Positions 47,560 to 63,120 of a stretch of DNA of 64,000 bases are shown piece after piece. The DNA lies in assembly GCF_000315625.1 (NCBI RefSeq), contig NW_005434645.1:515181-579180 (forward strand). Direction: 5' to 3'. Numbering within the stretch: position 1 is the first letter of the stretch; each line of letters starts with the position of its first letter. Under the pieces are notes generated by a model that was given only the letters and a program-made list of their open reading frames with translations, searched no databases and was not told where the DNA came from. This DNA comes from Guillardia theta CCMP2712 (lineage: Eukaryota > Protista > Cryptophyta). The position numbers and the translations under genes were made by a program.

Positions 47560-49640
47560 CCCGGCTGAAGCTCGAGCACCACGAACATCTCCCCGCCTCC
47601 ACCTGTTGAGTCGTCAGTCTCCTTGTGCTCCTCATTCTCAGGAGGTCATCTTACCGTCCCCTGGTCGCACACAAGACATCGCTGCTTGTGCTCCTTGCGC
47701 TTCACGTACTTTGCAGACGAGGAGAGAGAGCTCAGCGGTGTCTTGCCGAGCGTCAGGTTCAGAGGAGGACGCTAAGTTATCTACCTGCAGAGCGTCGGCA
47801 AGCCTGCTCAGGACCTCGTCTACCGACGGGAACCTCCTTTCCTTGAGCTTTGAGAACAGACACACTGGCGATCCTTCCTGCATGCTCCCCACCCTCAGCC
47901 TCCTCCTCAGACACTTGGCACCGCTCCCCGTACCTGCGGTAAGAAGGCCCAGACCTCCATCGAGCCGAAACGCGGGTATCTGATGTAGGTCAGGCAGAGG
48001 GTTCGCGGTTGAGTGGTAGAGACTTGTTCACACTCGACATCTCCATCGCAAGCTCGTCGCTCAGCATCCACTGCCTCCCTCCTCGACGAGCCGCCAGGTA
48101 GACTGCAACATTACTCAACGACAGAAGTCCTCTACACGAGCCTGGTCACCTAGATAGCCTTTCCCTGGGTTGAGCTCCACGAAGGGACGAGGGTCCATTG
48201 TGATCTTTTCCATGTCGAACATGATGCTCAGGGCGAGGTTGTAGTACCTGATCAGCACGTGTCAACCTTTCTTCTGCTCCCTTCGCCTCACGCGGCTGTT
48301 CACTTGTGTCTGCTCCCTCGCAAGGACGTAGCGTCCATAGCTCGGTAGGCGGTGCAGTGCTCGATGAAGACCGACAGTCTGCCCATGTTCAGCCCAGGAA
48401 CTCCAGGGTTGTCGCCAAGTTGAGGCTGCTCGCCTGCAAAGCTTGAGGAGGATGGGGAAGGGAGGGCGACTTGACCTTGAGATGGCTCGTACTGAATGCG
48501 ATCAGCAAGCTCGATGCGCTGAGATTCATCCAGCTGAGAGCTGGTTGAGGAGATTTTGACTTGCATGATAGGAGACAGAGACTTTCTGTTGATCTCTTTC
48601 CACGAGGTCACAACTTCATCACCTGGCCCACGTCTATCACTCACTAGTCAAGAAGGTTGAACTCACCTGAAGGCTGCTTGGGGTTGGAAGAGAGAAGCTT
48701 TCCATACCGGGAGCCATGGCCCGACGGTATATCTCTAGTCCCTTCCATGTCAAACTTCTTCTCTGAGACTGCTGTTGGCCTGGTTCTGTCAAGTCTTCTC
48801 ACCATCTTCTTTGAAAGCTGTTCCCTCTTGCGTCGGGGTCGCACAACATCTCGCGATTCTTTGTGCTTGCTGTCAGGTGCTGGGGTTTTACTTTCAACAG
48901 GCTCACGATTGCCTGGAGTCTCCGCTGCTGCTCGGGTCATAGACTTGCTCTTCTTGTTTTGTTTGCGCGGGGGTCGCTCAGATACAGTCTCGCTTCCCGC
49001 CTTCTGGTCGTTTCATTCTCAGCTACAGGCAGAGAACCAGCAGCAGCTCACCTCATGCGCCTTCTTGAAGGGTTTGCGACTCAACCCTGTGAAGCCATAC
49101 CTGGCAGCGAGCGTGTCAACCAGGTGATCGGGTCTCCAGCAGGTTCTTACGCCATCTTGGTGTAGAGGTTGGCTGAAGAAGGGAGTGTTCGGTTGAAGAG
49201 CTTGTGAACGGAGTCTTGACTGTATCTGTCTTGTGATCGCTTCATCTGTTCCATAGCTTCCCCATCTATCCTGTAGCTTCTGAAAGCATGCCTTCCCTTG
49301 GCGATCATGAAACATATGTCTGGATACAGTTTTTCCTTTCTCAAAAGAGTATCCACCTCGTGTGCATATCCATCAGTCGCTGAAGGACCTTCTTCCATGC
49401 TTCCTCGCTCCTTGGCTTGGTACCTCAGAGCACGGTTGGCCTCCTCATCTGCTGTAACTGGGTCTCCCTCGCATGCTGCAAGCTTTGCATGGGGCAGAGT
49501 GTCGGCAGGTAGAGACATGGATCAATGAAGCAGCGACTCTTCTCGCCCTACATTTATCTCCCTTTCAACTAGTCACCAAGAGCACATCTTCGTTTCTTCG
49601 TTTCTTTTCATCCTTGCAACTCCCTGGTCGCCTCCTCCAT
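47560..49640 (-). CDS. Hypothetical multi-exon protein, basic low-complexity middle region
   Basis: Long open exons 49147-49518, 48644-48990 and 47690-47980. No family recognised and the ends are approximate. Confidence 0.45.
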
Positions 49641-50441
49641 GTCTCCTGCCTTGCCAGCCGTTGGGCACCCTGTTGGGTGCTGTTGGGCACCTGGTTGGGC
49701 ACTACCCTGATCCAATACGGTCACCCATCATCCGGTTCTGAATCCCACAGAAGTCAGTAACGGTCCAGGCTCGGAGCCGTTATGTTGCAGCAGGACTATT
49801 ATAACCGCTACGTCCGGAGGTGTCAGCATGCTTGCAGGGCCTCGCCAGGTCACGAGGTTTCGCGGAGGCAGATGCGGAAAAGATGTGTTTTCGTTTGCCC
49901 TCCTTGAATTCAGATTCAAATAGATGTTTTATCATAACGATTCAGATAAAAGCGTCATCTGACTGGTAGTAACCCATTTTGACATGTTGCGTAATCATTA
50001 TTAGATCTGTCCAAGATAGCGTAAAATTGTAATATACATCTCATTTTAATGTTTAGAATGGTTTATAAACACTCTCAAGGCTCGAGGTGGCTGGGGCAGC
50101 TCATGGTGATAGCGCTAAGCATGCGGCTGGAGTCAGCGAGGAAGGAAGGAGCAAGATAGTGAGGAAGAGGTTGGTAACAACCAGCATCGGTTCACTACGT
50201 GCACTCACTACCAGGAAATGACAATGAGTACATGTTCATGTTTCATGATCCCACATAGAGAGTATACACGATGACAGCTATTGGGACCTATTTTTGAAGA
50301 AACAAATCGCGTGTTGCGCTCGTGTGTGACAGGAAAACTCCATGCTCCTAGATTTTTTTTCATCGAGTTTCTGTTCTTCACAGCAGTAGTAGCTTTCAGT
50401 TTTTGTGGGAAAAAAATTGTAAATGTTTTCTTATGAGTGGA

Positions 50442-50531
50442 GAAACAAACTTCTTGATGTGAGTGAGGGGAAACAAACTTCTTGATGTGAGTGAGGGGAA
50501 ACAAACTTCTTGATGTTAGTGAGGGGAAACA
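50442..50531. repeat. 28-bp tandem repeat (gaaacaaacttcttgatgtgagtgaggg) x3.2 just upstream of the next gene
   Basis: Directly visible. Confidence 0.92.
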
Positions 50532-50579
50532 GACTGCTGGCGCTCCTCGTGTGCAACTCTCAAATCAGTGGCAGGAAAC

Positions 50580-53127
50580 ATGAGGAGAAGTGCATCGGAT
50601 GCACTGCTTCTTCAACAGAGCAAATACGTTAGCGAGTATGGTGAGGGCGGTGAGACTAAAACCCCCAATGCTGACTACGGAGACCTCTCGAGCTACAAAC
50701 TAGCGCAACATCTGGTAGGCGCCGTTAATGTTCTACTGTTTGATCATGGTTTACGCCCTTGTCATCAGGTGCAAAAGGAAATCTGGAATAGAAAGTATCT
50801 ACAAAAGTCAGTGAAAAAGATGTTTTGAGAACTGCGTGATTGATGTCTTTGTCAGGTTTGAAAAATTCGAGAACTTGTCGCAATCAGCATTATCGAGAAT
50901 AGAAGGCCACTTTCAGTACCTAGCAACCCCTGCAAATTCATGGATCATAAGGCAAGATCAGCGATGTAACAGGTGGGAGTGTGAATGGACAATCATTCGC
51001 TATGTTTGTAAAGCTGGTATTGCAGGCTCTACTTTGTGGTTTTGGGAGTTTTGGATGTGTACAGAGATGATGAGAAGATCGGTAATGAGCATCAACGATC
51101 AAAATGCTTGACGTGATTGATTTACGCACTTGTGTGCAGGCTCCATCTCAAAAGGCTGCCACTTTGGAACAGAGTCATTGAATTTTGTGGTCAGAAACTA
51201 TTCAAGGGGGCTGGAGTACCCCAGCAATATCCAAGCAACTATCAGCGTCAAGGCAGTTCAGCCAAGCACGTGCTTGTTCCTCGACTGTCAGGATCTCTGG
51301 AACGATGTTTCAATCCTCCGAGAAATAATCACAGCAGACATGGAGGCGTCAGAAGACCTGGACCCATCTTCAGGCACCAGCGACGACGAGGAGAAGATAA
51401 ACATTCAAAATGATTATGAACATCAGTTGAAAGACTTCGAAGTCTTTGCAGGTCATGAGTGACTTCCGGTGCTATCTGTCGATGAGTCTAGTTCAGGTGT
51501 AGGCAGGGAGCACAAGGCAAGAAGCATACAGGACCTTGTGAGTCAACGGGACGAGCTGTTGCGTAAGTTTGAAGCTTTCATCGCTTCTGCTCCTCGTGAC
51601 GTTCCTTGTAGGTAAACTTGAAGCGGCTAAGCTGCTGGCAAAGAAGCAAGAGCTGGAAGCTCAGGTCTGAGGACGTGGAGGTGATGAAGGAATGACAGGA
51701 GCGACAGGTGAAGAAGCTTCAAGGCCGACTAGCTCAACCCTCCGACAATGCCGGTGGAGCCGAGATGGTAGGCAGCGATACTGGAGAAGTCAACTGACAG
51801 GTTACAGCAGCAGCAGCAGCAGCAGCAATCTCTCCTCAAACGATCTAACAGCGACGAGATTTTGCGATTGAGAGACAGGAGCGAGCTCGAAGGAAATCTC
51901 TCGAGGATATCCTCAGGTGTCTTGTGCTTGCTCCGGTCGGTCTGCCATGTCGCTGACAGCTGCTCTAGAGTCAAACCTGATGCAAGAGCGAGCAAAGCTG
52001 GAGGCTCAGCTCAACATGCTGCTCCGCAGCTCCAGCTCAGCATCATCTCGACCCAACTCGTCCAACTTCTCCCGCGCTCCTTCAGGCAACAAGTCTATCA
52101 GCCCCAAGCGCAACCCGTCGGAGGGGGAGCTGTGGAGACTGGAGGAGGGAGAGCTTTCGCCGCTAGAGTATCAGGAGACATTCAACGAATCTCCCAAGCA
52201 TGGCGGGCAGGAGCAGAAGGATGTTGGAAGCATCAACTTCAATGTGCAGAGCAAGCTACATCCCATCCTCAACGGCGTCATCCCCTTCCCCTCCAAGGTC
52301 CTCCAGCCGACCTCATTCTCCTCCTTACCTGCATGCAGAGCCTCTATGAGCCTCCTCCGCACATGAAGAAGTGGGGTTACGTGTGGGAGACCTCCCACTA
52401 CTTCGAGCATGCGGTGAGGGCAAGCCTTCTCCTTCTCTTGCTCTCCTCCTCCGTCTCTTTCTCCTCTTTCTCCTCCTCCTCCTCTTGCTCTTCCCTTAGT
52501 CCTCTTTGATTCCCGTAGGCGTACAAGAGGAATCAGCCGAGAAGAGGAGTGCCGGTTGACACCAGCGGGGACGGGCGAGTGGACTCGCTCGCCGTTGACT
52601 TCACAGGGGACGGCAAGATCGACACCATCGTCACAGACGAGCACTCCGGGAAGGTGAGCCCGATTACTTCTGCTGGAGATCGGAGGGGAGGGAAAACTTA
52701 AGAGGAAGAGGAGGAGGAGGAGGAGAGGAGGAAGAGACGGAGGAGGGAGGGAGGGAGGGAGGGAGGGAGGGAGGGAGGGAGGGAGGAGGGANNNNNNNNN
52801 NNNNNNNNNNNNNNNNNNNNNNNNNNNNNNNNNNNNNNNNNNNNNNNNNNNNNNNNNNNNNNNNNNNNNNNNNNNNNNNNNNNNNNNNNNNGAGGAGGAG
52901 GAGGAGGAGGAGGGGGAGATAGTGGAGCAACGAGAGGATTGGGAGGAGGAAGGCAAAGGGTCGAGATTGACTATCGAGCAGGTCGCTCTTGTGAAGCAGT
53001 TCAGCAGCCAATCGCCGAGTTCGTCACCTCCTGGTGCTCTGAAACCGCAGAGGAATCGATCGCCCAACAGAAACCGAGGAAGGTGAAGGAGAGGGCAGGG
53101 AGTTGGGCGCAACCCTCTTATGTCTGA
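50580..53127 (+). CDS. Protein with a probable cyclic-nucleotide-binding (cNMP) domain plus coiled-coil and low-complexity C-terminus
   Basis: FENLSQSALSRIEGHFQYLATPANSWIIRQDQ...SISKGCHFGTESL...ATISVKAVQPSTCLFLD resembles the cNMP beta-roll, although the phosphate-binding cassette is divergent. Confidence 0.6.
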
Positions 53128-53158
53128 TAGCAATTTTTGACTTGTCTCTTAAAATACA

Positions 53159-56346
<3,188 letters not shown>

Positions 56347-58932
56347 GATGATGTTCAAAAAGTTCTATAACGAGAAGACAACCACAATCCTTGAGCAGAC
56401 TATCAGATCTGTCAGCTGGGATATGTGCATAATTCGCACACAACGCCCTCATACCTTCTCTTAACAATGTCGTATTCAATGACAAGATTATTCCCTTCCT
56501 TCAAAAGAAAGTTGGCAAACTATGACGGCAATTCAGATCAGAGAGCAGGCTATATGGATGTTTCTACACGAATCAGCCTACAAAAACAACAGATCGCGAA
56601 CATCGTTCAAACACGCAAATGCAGTCTATTTCAATTGGAAATATCTTCACCCACTTGATGGTTAAGTGCAAATCTATATCCATTGCACACATTGATGCAT
56701 ATTTTGAAAGGAGATTTCACAGTTGCAAATGATTTGCGCTATCAAGTACAGCAGGTACATCGCAGGACTCTTCATCAAGTTAGCAGATTTCACCACAAAA
56801 CCTCTGCACTCTTCGGAAGAAATTTCAATGGTGAAGAAAATCTATCATGTTGAGAAAGTAATTGCTGAATCCTCATCGGACATTGGCATTCGCTCTCAAA
56901 AAACATTCTGCTCACTCTGGATCTTCGAAAACATCGTGTAATCTTGACGCATATACACACAGCCATACCGAATCTGATCTCACAACTGCTTTCAGAAGCT
57001 AGAACTCATCGTTTCATTGCAGTTTTCGAGTTGATGATATCATTTCCACAGCTTCTTATCATATTGAACGCGCATCCTCCCCTCCTTGTCACCTTGAATT
57101 TTCATCGCCATGGCCTCGTCCACCGACCCCTGTGATCCACCCTACCAGATACATCACCCTACCCTTTCACTATACAACCCTTTCCACTGATTCTTCACCC
57201 CATACCTGGTCAACCTACCCTCCAAAGTCAGTCGACTTGCTACGAATTTGGACCACTTGTACCCTACCCTATAGATCATTATCCCACCCTTTTGATTCGT
57301 CATCCCCCTTTTCATATCCCGTACCTCTACTTCTTATATCCCCACCACACTTATTCGACTAAAAGGTAGTAAGTTGATAGGGTGGGGTATCCAAGGTAGT
57401 TGAGGTTGGGGGGTGGGTATCCGATACCCCCTAAAAATATACTTCAACTACCGGGTGATGGGATTTCCTCAAGGGGGTCCATTTTACGACCCGTACTGGC
57501 TACCGCGCTCTTAGAAGTCACAACAGGAAATAGAGGGGTGGGGTACCAAAATTTCGGGGTAGAGCGACTTCACACTACTTGAACGGCAGGGGTCCAGGTC
57601 TGTCCCAAGGCTACAGAATGGAAAGGTAGGGGTCTGTTGTAGGCTGAGAATGTGGGTGGGGTAAAGGTACAGGGGTGGATTTTCCAGGAGAGAGTAGGGG
57701 TGGGTTCCGGTAATGAGGGCTTAAAAGCGTAGTGGGTTGGGTATATTTAGGACCCCGTACAGTTGGTTTAGGTAGCAGGCCATATGGTTGTTTTCAGGGC
57801 AAGGTAGATACATGAGGGTATTCAATTGAGATACAACTATAGAATAATTCATAAAGGGATATGGTTCCAACGTGCTCGAGGATCAGGAGCGAGTTAACCC
57901 GTCATGGGGTAGCTACGAATGTGGCAGCTAACGGGTCATCGAAAACGGGGAGGGGTCATGGAAGATTCCGCCAACCTCCACTGTTTCAAAACAGTACCCA
58001 CCCCGTCTTGATTTGTCAGAGGGTATCAAATCACCCCTGAATCATACTTCCAATCGTTTATGAAGTCAGGGGTAGGTAACACAATAACCGGTCGGTGAGA
58101 TACCCCTACCCACTGCTTTCTGTACAGGCGTAGCAGCTTGACGGCGGAGCCTCGGAGTCCGGGCCCGGGCCCCGGCCCCCGGCCCCATCTCTGAGCAACT
58201 TCCGGAGCTTGAAAAATCGGGTGACCCAGTACCGACCGTACGGCAGCGCTGTACGTGGGGTGGGGGTGATCCCCGTTGCGGGGTGGGCCCAGTGGGGTCA
58301 TAACACCTGTCTTGTGGGGTCGAAGAGTAGGTGGGGTTGCCCGAGTCACCGTCGAAGTTCCATTGTGAGGGGGTTGGGTGGAGACTCATGGTTCTATTTC
58401 CGGCTGCCAGCTGTGGAGTGATGGGTCAAATGGCGGCTTGTCAAGACAGTCAGTGAAGGAAGAAGGCAGAGGTAGTGACCGTCACTGCCAGAGGAAGAAG
58501 CAAGGGAGAGATAGCACAGATGCTGAGTGGACCTTGAAAGGAAAGCCTTGAAGTGCTAAGTTGAATCAGACAACCTTCAGGCTTCGAGGATTGGGGACTG
58601 AGTTCACGGCTGAAATGCATCTGCAGCTGAGCCTCGGACTGCAATGAAGACTGATATATTCAGGCCGTAAGATGCAGACCAGAAGGCAGATGATGAAAGA
58701 GTTTTTATGGATGGTAACGTACGAATTAATGATAACCGTTCTGATGTTTGGTATGCATGATGAACTGAGGTCAGTGCAGAACATTGTACAGTCTCAGAGT
58801 TGATGACAGGACCTGAATGTATAGCGAAACTTTATGTCTAACCTACTATCTTGTGCTCAACACATGCCTCACCAAAAAATCACTGGATCTGGTTTAAATT
58901 GTTGTCTTCCATACTGACTCTGCTGCTCCAGA

Positions 58933-59282
58933 ATGTTCCAACTGATTAGAAACTTTCAAGCTCTCAGCTACATCGGCGGAGAAGGCGTTGAGGGTGGTCA
59001 AGGTGCGCAGTGGCAGCTGTAGTTGCTTTGTGCTATGGCTCATTCGGAGCTTCCACAGGCTCTGCCGACATCATCTTCGGCGACTACGACAACAGTGAGG
59101 TGAGTCCATCCTCACCATCATGTGCTGGACATTCGTTGACAAAAGGCATTCCAGCGCCTCGGTGTCTCTTCCGGCCTTGCCGACGAGGAGAACCGCGACT
59201 ACTGGACCGGAAACATCTATGTAAGAAGAAGGAAGATTGTGTTGCTCCGGAGATAACTTGTTTTTTTTAACAGGATCCTTGA
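58933..59282 (+). CDS. 64-aa four-exon microprotein, not in the ORF track
   Basis: Exons 58933-59002, 59059-59099, 59146-59220 and 59274-59282 splice in frame through 56, 46 and 53 nt GT-AG introns. Confidence 0.7.
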
Positions 59283-59495
59283 ACAACAGCCTCCCATAGC
59301 TGACGTGTAAGATGACAATTTCAATAAAGTCATGATTGAATGGCCTGATCTCTCTATCACTGTGATGATGAATTAGGGAATGAAATAGGGATATTGTTCT
59401 TTACTGGTTTGTTGCAAACATTCTTGTGTTTAGTTATGATCATTAAGCCCTCCATGTAGCTTTGAGATCGGATTGAATAACCTAATAAAACTTGT

Positions 59496-61465
59496 CTACT
59501 TCTTTGCGGTAGACATCCATTCGTAGTGGAACTGAAATGAGAGACAGTAAGCAATCTCAACCATCCAGCGATAAGTCTGAATACCTCGGAAGGCTTGTAA
59601 TCCTCGTCGGTGATGAAGTTGCCCTGCGAGACCAACGTCAGAAATATGAGAACTTTAATCCTCTCTCCTCTCTCCTCGCTCTTTCCTGCCCAATCCATTC
59701 TATCTCTCACCTGGTTCTCGAGAAGGTGAGGGGCAGTGGCTGGGATACGCTCCAAGACGTCACCACGAAGAACACCTGCACCACTGTAAGAGGAAGAACA
59801 GCAGGAACAACAAAGTCTTACTGAGAGAAGCCTCAATTCTGAGCTCGTCCTCCCTGCCTGATCCCGGTACACTCAAGTGGATGTTGAAGGGATCCTCGAT
59901 AACGTGGCCAACCTGAGAGAGAGTTAGAGGAGGAGGGGGGTGGCGACAAGGAGGAATCTTACCTCCTCGATCACGAAGAGCATCCAGCACATGATGAAGA
60001 CGCAGGGAATCATCCTCCACTGAAGGCTGTGGACGAGGACCAGGGGAAGGGTGAAGCACCAGATGCTCAAGAAACGGCTGGTGTGACGCGAATAGGAGGT
60101 TGGGACGGACGACTTGACGATACGCTCGCAGGCTCTGCAGAAATCGTAAGAACCGAGGGATGGAGAGGAGGAGGAGTTCACCCCATGACGTTGGAGAACT
60201 CGGTCAAGCACTCCTCCGCATGCTGAAGAACATGAACATGAGGAAGAGAGGAGGGTTCAAGATGATAAGTTACCGAACGCTCACTAATGAGCGCGGCCTG
60301 GACGACCATGCTCTCGAACTGGGTGAACTGCGATCGCGTTAGTTGAAACCAACTGAGATAAAAAACTCTTACGTTCTCGCCTCTCTGTCCACCTCCAAAC
60401 TTCTTGGACTGAGCCTCGACGTCGGTGTAGAACTGGAGCAGTTTGAGGAGAAGGGGAGAGCGGCGCTTGTGCGTACCTTCTGAATGATGGCTCCCATCAT
60501 CTTGATGATGGTGAAGGGGCGGTTGCGGGAAGCCCACAGGAGCTGGAGAAGAGTTAAAGGTAGGAAGACAAGCTTCTTCATGCAGCACCTTGAGGTCCGA
60601 GTCGCCGAGGAGACCCTTCATGGCAGTCAACTGCTTGTCCGAGAAGAGGGTAGGACGGTAGACGGGCTCCAGGGACTGCAAGTGCTGGAGGAGGATCGAA
60701 GGGAAGCAGGCAAGGAGTGAAAGCAAGTGCTCCCTGTGGCAGGGATGGTGAGCAGGAGGAGAAACGAGATTTCCTCAACATCCTCACCTGTCAAGTCCCC
60801 TGAAGTTTCCATGGATGACACGAGTGAACTCACGGATACGGTTCACCATGCTTCCCCAGAGCTTGCGAGCCTGTGACGATCGTCAGTTCATCCTCCTCCT
60901 CTACCTCATGCTTTACATCCAAGAAGCGCTCGTAGGCGGTGTTGGTACGGAACACAAGGAGGAGGCCCAAGGCGCCTCCGGTGAGGGAGTGAGGGACGGT
61001 GCTGAAGCCCGCACACACAGCTTGGAGGGAGGGCATGAGGAGGTAGGCGCACCAGATGGCAACCGCAAACAGAGTGTTGGCGAACAGATGGGACGAGACG
61101 CGCCAGAACATGGCGGAGGAGAAGATAGAAAGCAAGTTGTACAACCAATCCTCCGACGCGTAGCGAGGCGCCAAGGTCGTGTACTCGTACGTGATCTTCT
61201 TGGACTGCCACGCCTGCCAATCAGCAGGAGGAGGGACCGTGGCTGCCTTGAGGGCGAGGGAGCTGGACTTCTTGTTGTTGTTGAGGAGCATGGTGCTGCC
61301 AAGAACCCCGTGCTGGCTCTTGTGGGCAGAGATCGTGTTGCTCTGGAGGGGGAGCCTTGCCCTGTGGGCCATGCCTTGAGGAACGAATCCTGAGGTGAAT
61401 GCCATGGCAGACTCTGCCGATAGGAGAACAGCTGCAGATGCAGCACCGAGTCCAAGCTTCACCAT
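59496..61465 (-). CDS. Bestrophin-like (UPF0187/YneE, VCCN1/BST-type) anion channel, plastid-targeted
   Basis: Signal peptide ...ESAMA-FTSG, GALGLLLVFRTNTAYERFLDARKLWGSMVN, ACERIVKSSVPTSYSRHTSRFLSIWCFTLP, IEEVGHVIEDPF. Confidence 0.93.
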
Positions 61466-62369
61466 GCTGCAAACATCAGCATGAGTACACAAACGACCCT
61501 CGCAATGACTGGTTTGTGATATTGTAAGACATAAGCACTACCCTTCACTGCATTCCTCTTGCACATTGACTTTCTTATTTCTAGTGCGTTCTGGTTGTTT
61601 AACGTCCAACTTGTCATCTTACCACTTCTTGCCCACTTCCACGTATCCTTGCCCACAAGATCCCTTCTTCCTCCAAGTTTCTCCACTAGATTCTTCTCAC
61701 TCCTCCTTGGTATCAACAAAATCCTTCCTGCTCCTATCTGCAGATCCAGCCTTATGCATCGCTTCATCGTTTCTTTCCTCACTTCCTCTTCCTTGTCGTC
61801 CCTCTCCCTTGACCCCTACCCATTCCCCCATGTCGGGCAAATGATTCCGCGGATCCGGTGGAACGAATTCACCTGTAAAACCCCTAGCTGTAAATTGTGG
61901 TACCCACTTCTGACAGAACCCCTCTGTAGATCTGTACCATCAATTGTACAGGGTGGGTACTGATACGATATAAAACATATTTAAACTTTGTACCATAATG
62001 AAGTAGTTTTTTTTGGAACTCTTACCATCGTATTCCATCCCAGCCCTCCATCATATAAGCATGGTGCGGATCTACTGTAAACGGCACATCCCACTACCCG
62101 TTGTCTCGTGATCCGGCTCTACTGTAAAGAGAGGGTAGGGTCGACGTTTGCCCCTTTGTGGGACTCGGGCCCGTAGTTTCAAGTCCGGCCCCCGGATCAT
62201 CCCGATCCCCCGGAATCCTCATCATGGCATCGACGCCGGCCGACTTCCGACTCAGGCCGGCCGCGACCAACCGGCCGGGCCGGGAACTTTACTCAGTGAC
62301 TCGATGATGGCCCGTGAAGAAAGGCCTTTGCAAGTTTTGCGGGGCGTGCAGAGGCCGAGCATATGCATT

Positions 62370-63120
62370 ACGATGCGCTGAAGGCTCGGATCTTCCGCTG
62401 TGCTGCTCACGGTTTGCAGTTTGCTCCGAGCCAGACGGTCCGGTATTCCACATGATCATTGTCAAAAACATGTGACATGCTGAAGTCCAGGATTAAGTCA
62501 TGCCATCCGCCTCCAGCCTCGCCTGCAGTTGCCGGCGGAAGTTCAAAGTCCCCTACATGATGATCTTCAGGGCCAGGTTGGCCCGGAAACGTTCCGAGGT
62601 TTTGCCTGGCCGGGTACGCCTTGCACATGGACGCGGCATCTCACTCCGGAATCTTTGATGAGGGTACTGAGGACGGCATTGCACTTCTTATGCGCATCAG
62701 TCGGACCATAACGGGCTGCGGTGCCTGCAGGTTGCCATGTGTGTGGTCCCCCCCGGATGACGGAGAAGATGGTGGCATTTATCGCAGTGCGGCGGGAGGT
62801 CAACCGGCAATCCATGAAGAAACTTGTCAGCGGCAGCCACCAAGCTGATGGGCTGCTGCTCAAAGATCCCAAGGTTTGTACTTTCGGCCATAATCGAGTG
62901 CCAGATCCTGCGCTGAGGGGTAAACTGAGACAGAAGTGCATCAACCGGGTGGCCTGGTACTCGAAGGGGAGTAGAGAAGCTGGAGTGGTGTGCCAACAAA
63001 GATCTCTGGCGCTCAGAAAGGTTAGCGCGAATACTGCAGAACCGAGGAAACTCCGAGAGGAAGTGAGCCGACCACTAGCGACAGTCACCGACGGTAGTAC
63101 GGCGGTAAGTGCCCTCATTG
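62370..63120 (-). mobile_element. Decayed 3' end of an RLE-type (CRE/R2-like) non-LTR retrotransposon: CCHC knuckle plus restriction-like endonuclease, frameshifted
   Basis: Across two frameshifts: FLHGLPVDLPPHCDKCHHLLRHPGGTTHMATC / GPTDAHKKCNAVLSTLIKDSG / HVGDFELP...DLILDFSMSH / AAQRKIRAF. No RT domain seen. Confidence 0.55.

Noticed and set aside
50442-50531. 28-bp repeats as a CRISPR or iteron array
   Set aside because: Head-to-tail minisatellite with no spacers.
56425-56658. Small plus-strand ORF MSYSMTRLFPSFKRK
   Set aside because: Plausible small gene, but there is no homology, splice or codon evidence sufficient to call it.
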